Assembly (NCBI GenBank): GCA_963721455.1
Contig: CAVRJG010000063.1
Coordinates: 1 to 32,453 of the forward strand
DNA length: 32,453 bases
Direction: 5' to 3'
DNA from: an uncultured Methanosarcinaceae archaeon
GTDB lineage: Archaea; Halobacteriota; Methanosarcinia; Methanosarcinales; Methanosarcinaceae
Every line of letters starts with the position of its first letter. The stretch's first letter is position 1. Below the pieces are notes generated by a model. The model saw only the letters and a list, made by a program, of their open reading frames with translations, made no database searches and was not told the DNA's origin. Positions 9,042-19,895 of this stretch are shown here, piece by piece. The position numbers were made by a program, and so were the translations under genes.

Positions 9042-9575
9042 AAGAGTGGCGTATCATGCGCCTGCACCCAGCCGTCTAATTCCTAATATGTCACAACGCT
9101 CGGGTTGTCAATTTGGTAGATCTTTCTTGGGTAAACATACTGGCTAATTAAGCAATTACACTGACCCTGCATAACTGATATTTTGGGACCGTGGCTACCT
9201 ATTCTCAACCGTGGGCTGCATATTTTTGACATTTTTGGCATTTTTTGACTATCCCTTTGACTATAACCTAGCAGACCTTCTGCAGATATCTTCAAGAAAA
9301 TAACATTTTTTTTGCTATCGTTTTTGGATAGTTGCTCAAAAATCTGCAATTATTATCTCCGATGAAGCAAAGTTACAGGATTCTACGATTATTGCAAAAC
9401 TAAAAATTCGCTAGGCTTTTTGACTGGTTGCAAATCTGAAACGATTGCACTTGAATTGAAATCTTAAGATCTCTTATTTTGAGTTTGACTGAAAAGAGTC
9501 TGCCTACAAATTCAATGTTTCAATCAAAAAAATGCAAAAATCAGAGGCCTTTTATTATTTTAGGAGGAACATTTT

Positions 9576-9917
9576 ATGGATATGGAAGATCTGAATTCAA
9601 AAATTGGAAAAACTGCCAGAGTACTTTACCAAAAAATTGAGGACGGAGAGTCGGCCCTAAACCGCATTATAAGTGAAAAATTTTCGGAAGGACCGAACAT
9701 GGATACAGAAGATCTTAATTTAAAAATCGGAGAAGCTGCTGGGGTACTTTACCGCAGGCTAGAAGAAGGGGAATGTACCCTGAGCCAGATAAAGAATTCT
9801 CTTGCTGAAAATGGATTTGATGCCTCAATTGCTATAATGGCCATCGGCTGGCTCGCGAGGGAAGGCAAGATCCACTCTTACAAAGCCAATAACATATGGT
9901 CCTTAAAGCTAAATTGA
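9576..9917 (+). CDS. Winged-helix protein, DUF2582-like, duplicated N-terminus
   Basis: IGEAAGVLY...AIGWLAREGKI; AGGAGG upstream. Confidence 0.8.
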   Translation: MDMEDLNSKIGKTARVLYQKIEDGESALNRIISEKFSEGPNMDTEDLNLKIGEAAGVLYRRLEEGECTLSQIKNSLAENGFDASIAIMAIGWLAREGKIHSYKANNIWSLKLN

Positions 9918-10243
9918 GAGCCCGGATCAATATTTATTGAGCTCATACCAAAACCACTTTTATTCTCAATCAGTATGAGTTTCAAAACTGTTTTCCATGA
10001 TCAGAAACTCGATCGATTATTCAGAATACGAGATTTAAAGAAGCAATTCATTGGTCATCGGTTAACGAATTTTATGTACAACTTCGAATACCACGTATAG
10101 CGATTTTCCAACATAATTCTTAGATAGATTACATAAAAAATAACACTTTTTGGCGTTTTGCACCTTAACCGAATCCACATGAGAAGCAATTTTGAGTTTT
10201 GGGTTTAGCTCAAAAGTACAAATATTATAAATTAGAGGAGAAT

Positions 10244-11074
10244 ATGATCTGGGGATACATAGTAAATCTGGTTACCAGAACAGTAAAAGAATGGATAGAA
10301 GACGATGCAATGACTTATAGTGCCGCGTTGGCATTTTATTTTATATTGAGTTTCCCAGCTCTCCTGTTATTTTCGGTATCTATAGGAAGTATTTTTTTTA
10401 AGTCAAGACATCTTCAGGATGGAATAATAAATCACCTACAAGGAGCCATTGATGAGAGAATAATCAATATGATAATTGTACTTTTCGAACGTATTCCAGA
10501 AATTAATTCTCTCTCGATAAGCGCATTAATAGGTCTTGTACTCATTCTCTGGAGTGCAAGCAACATTTTCAGACACTTAAAGAGTTTCCTTGAGATAGCA
10601 TGGGATATTAAGCCTGCTATGTCCAATAGTGTTAAAGATTTCGTGAAAGAAGCAATCATGTCCTTTATTTTTGTTATATTTTTTGGAGGACTTTTCGTAA
10701 TAAGTATAATTATTAAGGGAGTTATTTATATGGGTTCAAGCTTGTTCCATGAACTTTTGCCATTTTCACATGTAATTGCTGATTATGCAGGTTCCATATC
10801 CAGTTTCCTTATTCTCATCCTTTTTTTCATGCTTGTGTATAGAGTACTCCCCAATACAAGTCTTGATTTGAAGTCTGTTTTTGTAGGATCACTAGTAACA
10901 GTAATTCTCATAACTATAGGTGAATATGCTGTTGGACTTTTTTTCACATACAGCAACCCAGCAAGTGTCTATGGAGTGATCGGATCGATTATAGGATTAT
11001 TTCTTTTGATCTATTATTCCTCAATTATGATTACAATTGGTGCGGAATTCACAAAAGTTTATTCGGAATCTTAA
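10244..11074 (+). CDS. YihY/BrkB-family membrane protein
   Basis: SAALAFY..LSFP, YRVLP, YGVIGSIIGL..IYYSS..GAE; GAGGAG before ATG 10244. Confidence 0.92.
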   Translation: MIWGYIVNLVTRTVKEWIEDDAMTYSAALAFYFILSFPALLLFSVSIGSIFFKSRHLQDGIINHLQGAIDERIINMIIVLFERIPEINSLSISALIGLVLILWSASNIFRHLKSFLEIAWDIKPAMSNSVKDFVKEAIMSFIFVIFFGGLFVISIIIKGVIYMGSSLFHELLPFSHVIADYAGSISSFLILILFFMLVYRVLPNTSLDLKSVFVGSLVTVILITIGEYAVGLFFTYSNPASVYGVIGSIIGLFLLIYYSSIMITIGAEFTKVYSES

Positions 11075-11323
11075 AATGCCTGATTCTGTAAAAAAGCCTT
11101 AATTTTCTTGTGTGACTCTATCCAGCTAAAGAAACTCTCTATTGCACTTTTCTTTTTGAATTCTGAGGCTCTTTTTTATATTCTGGGTTTTTGATTGATT
11201 GCAGTGACTGAATGAGGAAAATAATGATAAATTTTGATGGTCCAAAAGATATTGGAACCGTCAGTTTTAGGCAGAAAGGGTGGAAACTTATAGGATTTTA
11301 TAATAGAAAACCAAATAGATTTA

Positions 11324-12364
11324 ATGGAAAAAATTGCGAAAATGGCACTGGCTCTTCTAATCATCATCGTCCTGACTGTGGTTATTGTTTACGCCACACT
11401 TCCGTATCTAAATTATTTTTTTGGGGCTTTCATCCTTTATATTGTATTCAGATCCCTTTATCACTTCTTCGTAAAAAGAGCACGGCTTCAAAATAAATTT
11501 GCAGCAGCTTTAGTTATAATTATTTCAATATTTGTTGTACTGATTCCACTGTTTTTTCTTCTGAGTATAATCGTTGGTGAAATCCAGCAGCTTTTACTTA
11601 ACCAGGAGTCTATTGTTTCATCTATTCAGTCTGGCGGCCAATTTCTCACTCATTATCTTTCAAGGCTGGATATTCCTACTGGTGCTATCCAAACGAAAAT
11701 ACAGGAAAAGGCTATGGATATTGGTTCTCAAGCCATCAATTACTCAAGCATGTTCATTCTGGGTTCGATCCAGAACCTGAGCCAGCAATCCATAGGCCTT
11801 CTGCTCATGTATTTTTTGCTTTATTATCTTTTAATAGGAGAGAATTCGGCTTTCGCACGCAAAGTTTATGTGGCATTCCCGTTCAATGAAGAAAATACAG
11901 CCACTCTCATGGATGAGTTCAGCAGAATTGTCCGGACAACTATTACCTCCAGCGGAGCTGTAGCCCTTGTCCAGGGTGCAATTCTGACCGTCACCTTCCT
12001 CATCTTTGAAATCCAGGGAGCTTTTCTCTGGGGTTTTATCGCAACAATCCTTTCTTTTGTGCCCATTTTCGGATCAACTTTAGTCTGGGTTCCTGCAACC
12101 ATCATCCAGCTCCTCCAGGGGAACTATGCTGCAGGGATTGCTATCCTTATCGCAGGGCTCTTTGCAAGTGTCATGGACAATTTTCTCAGGCCTATTATCC
12201 AGAAAAAGGTTGGGGAAATTCATCCTTTTCTATCCCTGCTCGGGATTGTCATAGGTATATCTCTTTTTGGATTGATCGGAATTGTTATAGGCCCCCTTCT
12301 TCTCTCCTATTTTCTTCTGACAGTAGAAATGTTCTCCAAGGAATATCTTTCTGAGAGGGAGTGA
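11324..12364 (+). CDS. AI-2E (PerM/UPF0118) family transporter
   Basis: Multi-TM; SFVPIFGSTLVWVP, DNFLRP, HP..GISLFGLIGIVIGP. Confidence 0.93.
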   Translation: MEKIAKMALALLIIIVLTVVIVYATLPYLNYFFGAFILYIVFRSLYHFFVKRARLQNKFAAALVIIISIFVVLIPLFFLLSIIVGEIQQLLLNQESIVSSIQSGGQFLTHYLSRLDIPTGAIQTKIQEKAMDIGSQAINYSSMFILGSIQNLSQQSIGLLLMYFLLYYLLIGENSAFARKVYVAFPFNEENTATLMDEFSRIVRTTITSSGAVALVQGAILTVTFLIFEIQGAFLWGFIATILSFVPIFGSTLVWVPATIIQLLQGNYAAGIAILIAGLFASVMDNFLRPIIQKKVGEIHPFLSLLGIVIGISLFGLIGIVIGPLLLSYFLLTVEMFSKEYLSERE

Positions 12365-12777
12365 AAATCAGAGCCGCCATACGAGATATGAAGGCTGGCA
12401 CAAATCCAGTTTCATATTTCTCATTTAACGCGCCTGGCATCCTTAATACCGAGACTTTTTATTATTTTCTGGTCTTCCGATTTTTCTCTGAATCATACAA
12501 AACAATAAAATTTTAATTTCATTGAAATAATTTATTTGTTAATGGGAAAAGGAAACAAAGCAATAGATAAGTCAATGATAAAAACGATCTTCGAAGGTAA
12601 TATAATAATTCCTTTGCCTAAAGTCTTACTTGAGAATCGATACCATTCTATGTTCTCTTTAATATCTCCGACTCATTGTGATTTTTGTGGCACTAAACTA
12701 AATGTGAATTCTCACTATACCCGTTCAATTCTCACGAGTTATGGCACCATAACTTGCAATATTACATACTGGATTTG

Positions 12778-14374
12778 GAGTCTTTTTAATTTTTTCTGGT
12801 TCTTCTCCAATTTTAAAAGAACAATGGAATCCCATCCATATTCATTAAACCTTTTTCCTCATTTTGGAAAAATTGATCCACTCATATCTAAACTCATTCA
12901 TTTTTCATCCAAATTTCTGATTTTTGCCATCATTATTCGATAGCTACCGCTATAATGTTGCAGATTTAGATTGAAAGTTTCTATTTACCCATTATTTATC
13001 CATACTGGAATCTTGCCCTCATTAAGGGAGAGAATCCTCTCCATTTACCAGTGCGGAAACACCGTTTGTTGAAATAAGTAAACAAATTGTAACAAAAATT
13101 AGTTAGACCACTATCAGTTTTGAATGATCTTGCTTTGTCTACAACATCACTTATCAAAGAAAATATCTGTTCCATTGTATTATCTGTCTCAGGTGTAAAC
13201 CCTTTTTTCAAAAAGCTTACATTTTTCGTGAAAATCTCTTTTGCATAAGAAATCGCTTTATGAGACGCTTTTGAAAGTTCCAGACCAGAATCCAATTCTT
13301 GTATCTTTTGAAAACATACAACAGCACTGATTACCGTATCAGAACGTATTAATTGACATATCTCATTGTACACAAGCTCATCATTATCTGGAATATTTGT
13401 GATAGAGTTGAATTCATCACTATACCTCTTGCTAACGTTTTTTAATTGATGGAACACACAAAAGGAATGAGTCACTTCAGGGAAGACACTCTTTACAGCT
13501 CCAATGATTGCTTTATCCTCGTCAGAAACGATCTTTTGTATCTTGCCTTCAGGAAATCGGTTTTTGATTCGTATAAAAAGAGGACTCAAAGCCTCAATTG
13601 TTGGTAATCTGTCAGTAATCTCAAAATCCAAAATTACCTTTTCTTTTGTGGCGATAACGTAAACGGATTTATATCGCATCTTCTTCCATTCTTTTACTGT
13701 AATTTCTCTTCCCATCAAAGTTTCAAACTTCTTTTTCCATCCTTTTTTGATCCAATCCCCATCAACATACAATGTTCTGTCAAAGCCAACCTTTTGATCT
13801 AAAAGTTCTTGCTTTGAAAGTTCTGCTTGTTGTTGCTCATATAACCATAACGAGGTTGGACAAGGAGCTCTCCCACATATCTCTGTTAAGCCTTCTGTAT
13901 ATGTTTCTCCAATTCTCCGAGAATTGTGTAAACTGCATCGCCCATCATATCTAACAGACATTTGTTTTTCATAGAACTCATAACTGTAATTCGCAGAACC
14001 AGGAACGCCAATAACCCGATCATGAAAATGTTTCTTACAAACATGACAAAACCAGTATGTAACATCGCGAGCTATAGTGCCGTAACTTGATAAAATAAAG
14101 CGAGTGTAGTGAGAGTTCACATGTAATTTACTGCCACAATCATCACAATGAGTGGGAGACCATATAGAGAACATAGGATAGTATCGATTTCCAATCAAAA
14201 CGTTTGGTAAAGGAATTATTATTTTCCCGTCAACAACCATTTTTATCATTGACTTATCTATTGTAATGTTTCCTTTTCCCATTAATAAATATATTATATC
14301 AATATAATTAAAATTTTATTGTTTTGCATGGTGAGAGGAGAAAATCGGAATACCAGAAAATAATAAAAAGTCTC
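12778..14374 (-). mobile_element. Mutator-like IS, inner copy (1597 bp), inverted
   Basis: Same IRs; 8-bp TSD TGGATTTG at 12770-12777 and 14375-14382. Confidence 0.95.
12996..14282 (-). CDS. Mutator-superfamily transposase, intact 428 aa
   Basis: Paralog of 722-2008; CDDC..CHVC, YVDGD, VSDED..CVFH. Confidence 0.87.
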   Translation of the reverse strand: MGKGNITIDKSMIKMVVDGKIIIPLPNVLIGNRYYPMFSIWSPTHCDDCGSKLHVNSHYTRFILSSYGTIARDVTYWFCHVCKKHFHDRVIGVPGSANYSYEFYEKQMSVRYDGRCSLHNSRRIGETYTEGLTEICGRAPCPTSLWLYEQQQAELSKQELLDQKVGFDRTLYVDGDWIKKGWKKKFETLMGREITVKEWKKMRYKSVYVIATKEKVILDFEITDRLPTIEALSPLFIRIKNRFPEGKIQKIVSDEDKAIIGAVKSVFPEVTHSFCVFHQLKNVSKRYSDEFNSITNIPDNDELVYNEICQLIRSDTVISAVVCFQKIQELDSGLELSKASHKAISYAKEIFTKNVSFLKKGFTPETDNTMEQIFSLISDVVDKARSFKTDSGLTNFCYNLFTYFNKRCFRTGKWRGFSPLMRARFQYG

Positions 14375-15882
14375 TGGATTTGTCCTAATTGTGAGAAGCA
14401 TTTTCATGATCATATCGTTGGTGTTTCTGGATCTGCAAATTACAGCGATGAGTTCTATGACAAACAAATGTTTGTCAGATACAATGGTAGATGCAGCCTT
14501 CACAATTCCTGTATTATAGGTGAAACATATACAGAAGGCTTGACTGATATATGTGGGCGAGCTCCTTGTGCCTCTTCATTATGGTTGCATGAGCAAAAAC
14601 AAGCCGAATTTTCAAAGCAAGAACTTTTAGATCAAAAAGTTGGCTTTGACAGAACATTGTATGTTGATGGGGATTGGATCAAAAAAGGATGGAAAAAGAA
14701 GTTTGAAACTTTGATGGGAAGAGAAATTACAGTAAAAGAATGGAAGAAGATGCGATATAAATCCGTTTACGTTATCGCCACAAAAGAAAAGGTAATTTTG
14801 GATTTTGAGATTACCGACAGATTACCAACAATTGAGGCTTTGAGTCCTCTTTTTATACGAATCAAAAACCGATTTCCTGAAGGCAAGATACAAAAGATCG
14901 TTTCTGACGAGGATAAAGCAATCATTGGAGCTGTAAAGAATGTCTTCCCTGAAGTGACTCATTCCTTTTGTGTGTTCCATCAATTAAAAAACGTTAGCAA
15001 GAGGTATAGTGATGAATTCAACTCTATCACAAATATTCCAGATAATGATGAGCTTGTGTACAATAAGATCTGTCAATTAATACGCTCTGATACGGTAATC
15101 AGTGCTGTTGTATGTTTTCAAAAGATACAAGAATTGGATTCTGGTCTGGAACTTTCAAAAGCGTCTCATAAAGCGATTTCTTATGCAAAAGAAATTTTCA
15201 CGAAAAATGTAAGCTTTTTGAAAAAAGGGTTTACACCTGAGACAGATAATACAATGGAACAGATATTTTCTTTGATAAGTGATGTTGTAGACAAAGCAAG
15301 ATCATTCAAAACTGATAGTGGTCTAACTAATTTTTGTTACAATTTGTTTACTTATTTCAACAAACGGTGTTTCCGCACTGGTAAATGGAGAGGATTCTCT
15401 CCCTTAATGAGGGCAAGATTCCAGTATGGATAAATAATGGGTAAATAGAAACTTTCAATCTAAATCTGCAACATTATAGCGGTAGCTATCGAATAATGAT
15501 GGCAAAAATCAGAAATTTGGATGAAAAATGAACGAGTTTAGATATGAGTGGATCAATTTTTCCAAAATGAGGAAAAAGGTATAATGAATATGGATGGAAT
15601 TCCATTGTTCTTTTAAAATTGGAGAAGAACCAGAAAAAATTAAAAAGACTCTTAATACCTATCCTTATCCCAAGCGATAGCCCTGTCTTTTTACATGGCT
15701 GTTGGGTATATGTGCGTGGAGAAGTGCACAGCCTTCAGGATATTACAGCCTTGAGATTCGTTTTATTACCTATGCGTTTTTCATAGTTTTAGAAGAATGA
15801 TCAGTCCCAGTTTTCCGTGAACAGACAATAGTATTGATTCTCCGCGCTGCAACCTTATCCATAAACCATAGACGAATGATCC

Positions 15883-16054
15883 TAGTGCATCGATTCCAAA
15901 TTATGGGAATAAAACTGGACTTTGAAATCAACACTTGTCAATGAGTTTTCCGTAAAAGAACCACACGTAGACATGGATAAACACGAATTGAAATCATCTG
16001 TGTTCATCTGTGTTTATCCGTGGTTTATTGAGGATATATGGAATCGAAGCACTA
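15883..16054. mobile_element. MITE with IS630 type A ends
   Basis: C|TAGTGCATCGATTCC ... GGAATCGAAGCACTA|G; 172 bp; no transposase sequence. Confidence 0.88.
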
Positions 16055-16579
16055 GATATAAAGCAGCTAAAGCAATAAAGAGGCAGAAGGGAAAGTAAAT
16101 CACTAATCCAACAAGACTCGGGTAGGAATTTGCGAACGGGATGGAAGGCAAAGTCTCCATCTGAATTTAAGCTTTGATAAGTCCTAATAATATCTAATCA
16201 AAAATTGGGCACCTTAGCACTATCGCTTTAACTTGATTGTTATAAGGGCATAATTCAAACCAATTGCGGTTAAGCTCTAGGGGTTGACTAGAGTTTCCTA
16301 ATTGCTTCCTCCAGTAGAAGCGCTTAGGAAGCAATCAGTCCTTACCAATCAGATGGTCTAAGGCCATTATCTTTCACTGCCAAGTGTGTCCTAAATGTGA
16401 TGGTGACTTGGACCTATGTGTTAAGCTCCGTTTTAATAAAATATAGCTATTTTGTCCTTCACGCCTGTGGTCAATCTATTTAAAACAGCATCGGGAACAT
16501 AGGCTCTATTTTGTGAAAGTCTGGATACAGCTACGTTATAGGTATAAATGTTGCTGTCATGGATTGGTTAAATTGATTC

Positions 16580-17257
16580 TCAGCTCCTTATCTCCATCTT
16601 CTCCCAGTCCATCTCCAGTGCATCGCCGATTTTCGCAAGCACCAAATCAGCACCTGCTTCTTTTAGAAGCTCTGGATTTACCGTCTGAGCCACTCCTATA
16701 GCGAAAAGTCCTGCGTTCTTAGCAAGTCGCATATCACCTGGTCCATCCCCGAAATAGACTGACTGCAAAGCAAACTGTTTTAAAGATAAACCTTCTTTTT
16801 CAGCGAGCATTTCAATATGCTTTGGACCTTTCTTATAAATATCGAATCCTAATAAACAATCAATGTAAGGGAAAATACCAACTTCATAAAGACGCTTCAT
16901 CATTGGTCCAGTACCACTACCAGAAGTGATGAACACCTTGTAGCCTTTGGTTTTGAATAACTTTAAAAGCGCTTCTGCTTTCGGAAACAGTGAATATGTT
17001 TCACCATACACAATGTTACAGAATTCGTCCATCAGTTTTGGTACTGCATCTTTAGGCAGTTTATGGTATTCCAAAATATGAGAAAATTGTTCATCCCACG
17101 GTGTGCCTGTTGCAGCGATGGAATATGCGGCTACATTAGATGATTCAATTCCTGTATGTCGTTTCACTACATCGCAGAAAACTTTGGTGTAAATTGGCAT
17201 AGCATCCACAAGAGTTCCATTAAGGTCTGAAACAATGTATTTTATTTTAATGTTCAT
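16580..17257 (-). CDS. HAD-superfamily hydrolase (phosphoglycolate-phosphatase-like)
   Basis: SDLNGTLVD, ITSGS, K, YFGDGPGDM..AKNAG; start moved to MNIK because the upstream extension runs into IS DNA. Confidence 0.88.
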   Translation of the reverse strand: MNIKIKYIVSDLNGTLVDAMPIYTKVFCDVVKRHTGIESSNVAAYSIAATGTPWDEQFSHILEYHKLPKDAVPKLMDEFCNIVYGETYSLFPKAEALLKLFKTKGYKVFITSGSGTGPMMKRLYEVGIFPYIDCLLGFDIYKKGPKHIEMLAEKEGLSLKQFALQSVYFGDGPGDMRLAKNAGLFAIGVAQTVNPELLKEAGADLVLAKIGDALEMDWEKMEIRS

Positions 17258-17284
17258 AAACCGCACTTTCCATGATTTTAATTC

Positions 17285-17493
17285 TAGTGTATCGATTCTG
17301 ATATAAATCAATAAAATAATTATATTAATTGTTCAATAAATAACCTTATGCCTCGTATAAGCCGTCACCCCAAATTATCATTTACTCAAAAAGATTTAGA
17401 CTATCTCATTAAGCTAAGCCGCTCTAGAAATCAAGCTGCAAGCATTGTCGAAAGATCCAAGATAGTACTTTAAGCTATCAGGTAAAAAACGAC
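17285..17493 (+). mobile_element. IS630 type A left-end remnant
   Basis: CTAGTGTATCGATTC end; MPRISRHPKLSFTQ... truncated. Confidence 0.88.
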
Positions 17494-17641
17494 ATCTAAT
17501 GAACTGCAGTCTGTTGAAGAATGTTTTTGGGATTAGCTCTATCCTATAATACGTTCTTGTCTGTTCTTTAGTGACACTCGGGGATCCGAGTCCTTAAATC
17601 CATCCACCTGTTAGAAACTTTCTAATTTTTATGCTTCTCTT

Positions 17642-17732
17642 CATACTATGCTTTTCTGAACTCAGCCATTCCGTATCATGTAGGAATACAGGGTACATGA
17701 CCGATTACCGCCTGAGTAAATGCAAAAAAGCC
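17642..17732 (-). repeat. Dispersed ~90-nt element, copy 1 (candidate structured RNA)
   Basis: Revcomp matches 25860-25952 with 55/69 identity in an ungapped core. Confidence 0.7.
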
Positions 17733-17907
17733 TGAAAAACTTATAGGCAAATTTAGAAACTGTGTCAGTAGACTTGATTTAACCGCCTTTGCTTTCGTTC
17801 TTTTAATTTAAGAAACTCCTAACTTTTTCTTTTTTCTCCAGAATCAGAAAACAACTGCATTTTAACGAGATACCCTATGTAACTTTTCTGAAAAAATACA
17901 TAGGTTC

Positions 17908-18291
17908 TCAAGCTTGCTTTCGGATTTCATTAATTAATTGTGCCGTCTTGACCGTGTTTCCGATAGAAACGAGATACATAATGAACGATAGAAGCCACCC
18001 GATTACGGGAATAAACAACATTGCAACTGTCCATATAGCCGTGATTAGTGCTTTTTTGTCTTCGGCAACGTACACGTACCCCCATCCTGGCACAAGAGAT
18101 AACAGGAACGCCAGAGCTACTATTTTTGGTCCCTTCTCTTTCTCGATTTCAAGACATTCCGGACAGAACGTGCCCCTTTTTCCCACATATTCTAATTTTT
18201 TGAAACAGCTTGCACAGTATGAATGTTTTGATTTCACAACTCCCACTAAATTTACCTGTTTACCTTCGTTGTCAACATATATATGTTCCAC
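17908..18291 (-). CDS. Zn-ribbon plus TM2-like membrane protein
   Basis: CASC..CPEC, then ALAFLLSLVPGWGYVY and hydrophobic helices; GGGAGG before GTG 18291. Confidence 0.75.
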   Translation of the reverse strand: MEHIYVDNEGKQVNLVGVVKSKHSYCASCFKKLEYVGKRGTFCPECLEIEKEKGPKIVALAFLLSLVPGWGYVYVAEDKKALITAIWTVAMLFIPVIGWLLSFIMYLVSIGNTVKTAQLINEIRKQA

Positions 18292-18394
18292 GTGGAATAC
18301 CTCCCTACAAAACATGACCATATATAATGACACGGGGGGATATATTAAAATGTAATGTGCCTAAAAAAGTATATTCAGGAAGTATTAAACGGTA

Positions 18395-18640
18395 GGGTTG
18401 TGGTGCAAAACGAGATAGAAAAGCTGCAAAGAGATTCCTTAAGAAAGCTTTGGGTTCAAATCACAATCAATTGCCGAGAGTAATAACAGTTGATAATAAT
18501 CCAGCTTATCCGATAGCCATAGATGAACTGAAAAATGAAATGAAGTTGTCTAAAAGTGTTGAAGTTAGACAAGTCAAGTATTTGAATAACATTGTTGAAC
18601 AAGCTCGTAGGTCTATAAAAGAGGATAATTGCTCCAATAC
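18395..18640 (+). pseudogene. IS6-family transposase remnant
   Basis: KRDRKAAKRFLKKAL..PRVITVD..AYP..KYLNNIVEQ, preceded by IR-like GGGTTGTGGTGCAAAA. Confidence 0.88.
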
Positions 18641-19895
18641 TAGTACATCGATTTGGAAATATATCCATAAATAAATATATTAGTTATTTTTAATAACGTA
18701 TTTTATGCCTCGTATTAGCCGTCGTCCTAAATTATCATTTACTCAAAAAGATTTAGATTATCTTATCAAGTTAAGTCATTCTAGAAATCAAGCAGCAAGC
18801 ATTGTTGACAAGATCCAAGCTAGTACTTTTGAGCTATCATGGAAAAAACGATACTGAAATCTCCAGAGAATTGAAAATCGATTACAAAACTGTAAGAAAA
18901 TGGATAAAAAGAGTTTTAGATCTTGGGGTTAAAGAAGGCTTAGTAGATAAATCCAGAAGTGGGAGACCTCAAGACATTAGTGCTGAATCACGAGCTCGGG
19001 TAGTCTCACTTGCATGTATAAAACCAAAAGATCTTGGTTATCCTCATGAAATCTGGACGCAGAGACTCCTTGCTAAACATATCCAGGAAAATTGTATCAA
19101 AGAAGGACATCCTGATTTATCGAAGATAAATCAGGGGACAATTTCAAAGATTCTCAATGCAAGCAAAATAAAACCACATAAGATTAGATATTACATTGCT
19201 AAAATTGATCCCGATTTTGATCAAAAAGCAGCCGATGTCTTAGATACATATAGAGAAGCTAAAGAACTAAGGGAAAAAAAGAAAAAATGAGGAAATTAAA
19301 TCAGTGATTATTTCCTACGATGAAAAACCAGGTATTCAGGCAATTGGAAATATTTATCCCGATCTTATGCCAGTAGAAGGGCATTATTCTACAATAGCAA
19401 GGGATTACGAATACATCAGGCATGGAACTCTTTCACTATTAGCTGGAATTGACTTAATATCTGGGAGAATTATTTATAAAGTATTTGAGAAGCATAGAAG
19501 CTGTGAATTCATTGAATATCTCAAGGAACTTGAGTCAATTTATCCAGAAGAAGAAATCATAATTATTCAGGATAATCATAAAATACATACATCAAGCGAA
19601 ACCCGAAAATACCTGGAAACTGTTCCTGATAAATTTAAATTTGTATTCACACCAAAACATGCTTCGTGGTTGAATATCATAGAGAGTTTTTTCAGTAAAA
19701 TGGCGAGAAGCGTGTTGAGAGGAATAAGAGTAGACTCAATAAATGAATTAAATGAAAGAATCAGTCAATACATAAACCAGATTAATGAAAAACCAGTGGT
19801 ATTTACGTGGAAATATAAAATAGAAGAAATGGATGAGATGCCAGGCGGAATTTTAATTTAAACTAATATGGAATTAATTAGGAATCGAAGCACTA
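18641..19895 (+). mobile_element. IS630 type A variant, full length; orfA (ATG 18705) frameshifted near 18809; orfB 19304-19861
   Basis: TAGTACATCGATT ... GAATCGAAGCACTA; extra C in GTTGACAAGA vs GTTGAAAGA. Confidence 0.93.

Larger units (their letters stand above)
12451..15651 (+). mobile_element. Mutator-like IS, outer copy; transposase 12542-15433 interrupted
   Basis: GAGACTTTTT...AAAAAGACTC ends; 8-bp TSD TTAATACC at 12443-12450 and 15652-15659. Confidence 0.95.

Noticed and set aside
9213-9549. Possible MITE (GGGCTGCATATTTTTGACATTTTT ... AAAAATGCAAAAATCAGAGGCC) and overlapping ORF 9083-9349
   Set aside because: Ends match weakly, no TSD, no second copy in the window, no recognisable protein
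12536-12943. 135-aa ORF and the 14324 start of the 369-aa ORF as separate genes
   Set aside because: Two halves of one transposase split by the inner element
16272-16420. HEARO/omega-RNA or riboswitch resemblance (GTTGACTAGAG); Cys-containing frame CQVCPKC
   Set aside because: No IscB/TnpB gene or matching 5' GTCAAC stem; the peptide frame has no start codon
17490-17669. Minus-strand frame with two TAG codons as pyrrolysine read-through
   Set aside because: No recognisable protein; overlaps the dispersed element; more likely non-coding
17948-18355. Antisense or alternate-frame ORFs (also 21481-21921, 28455-28790, 30685-30981, 31458-31874, 31568-31867)
   Set aside because: Overlap better-supported genes and lack motifs
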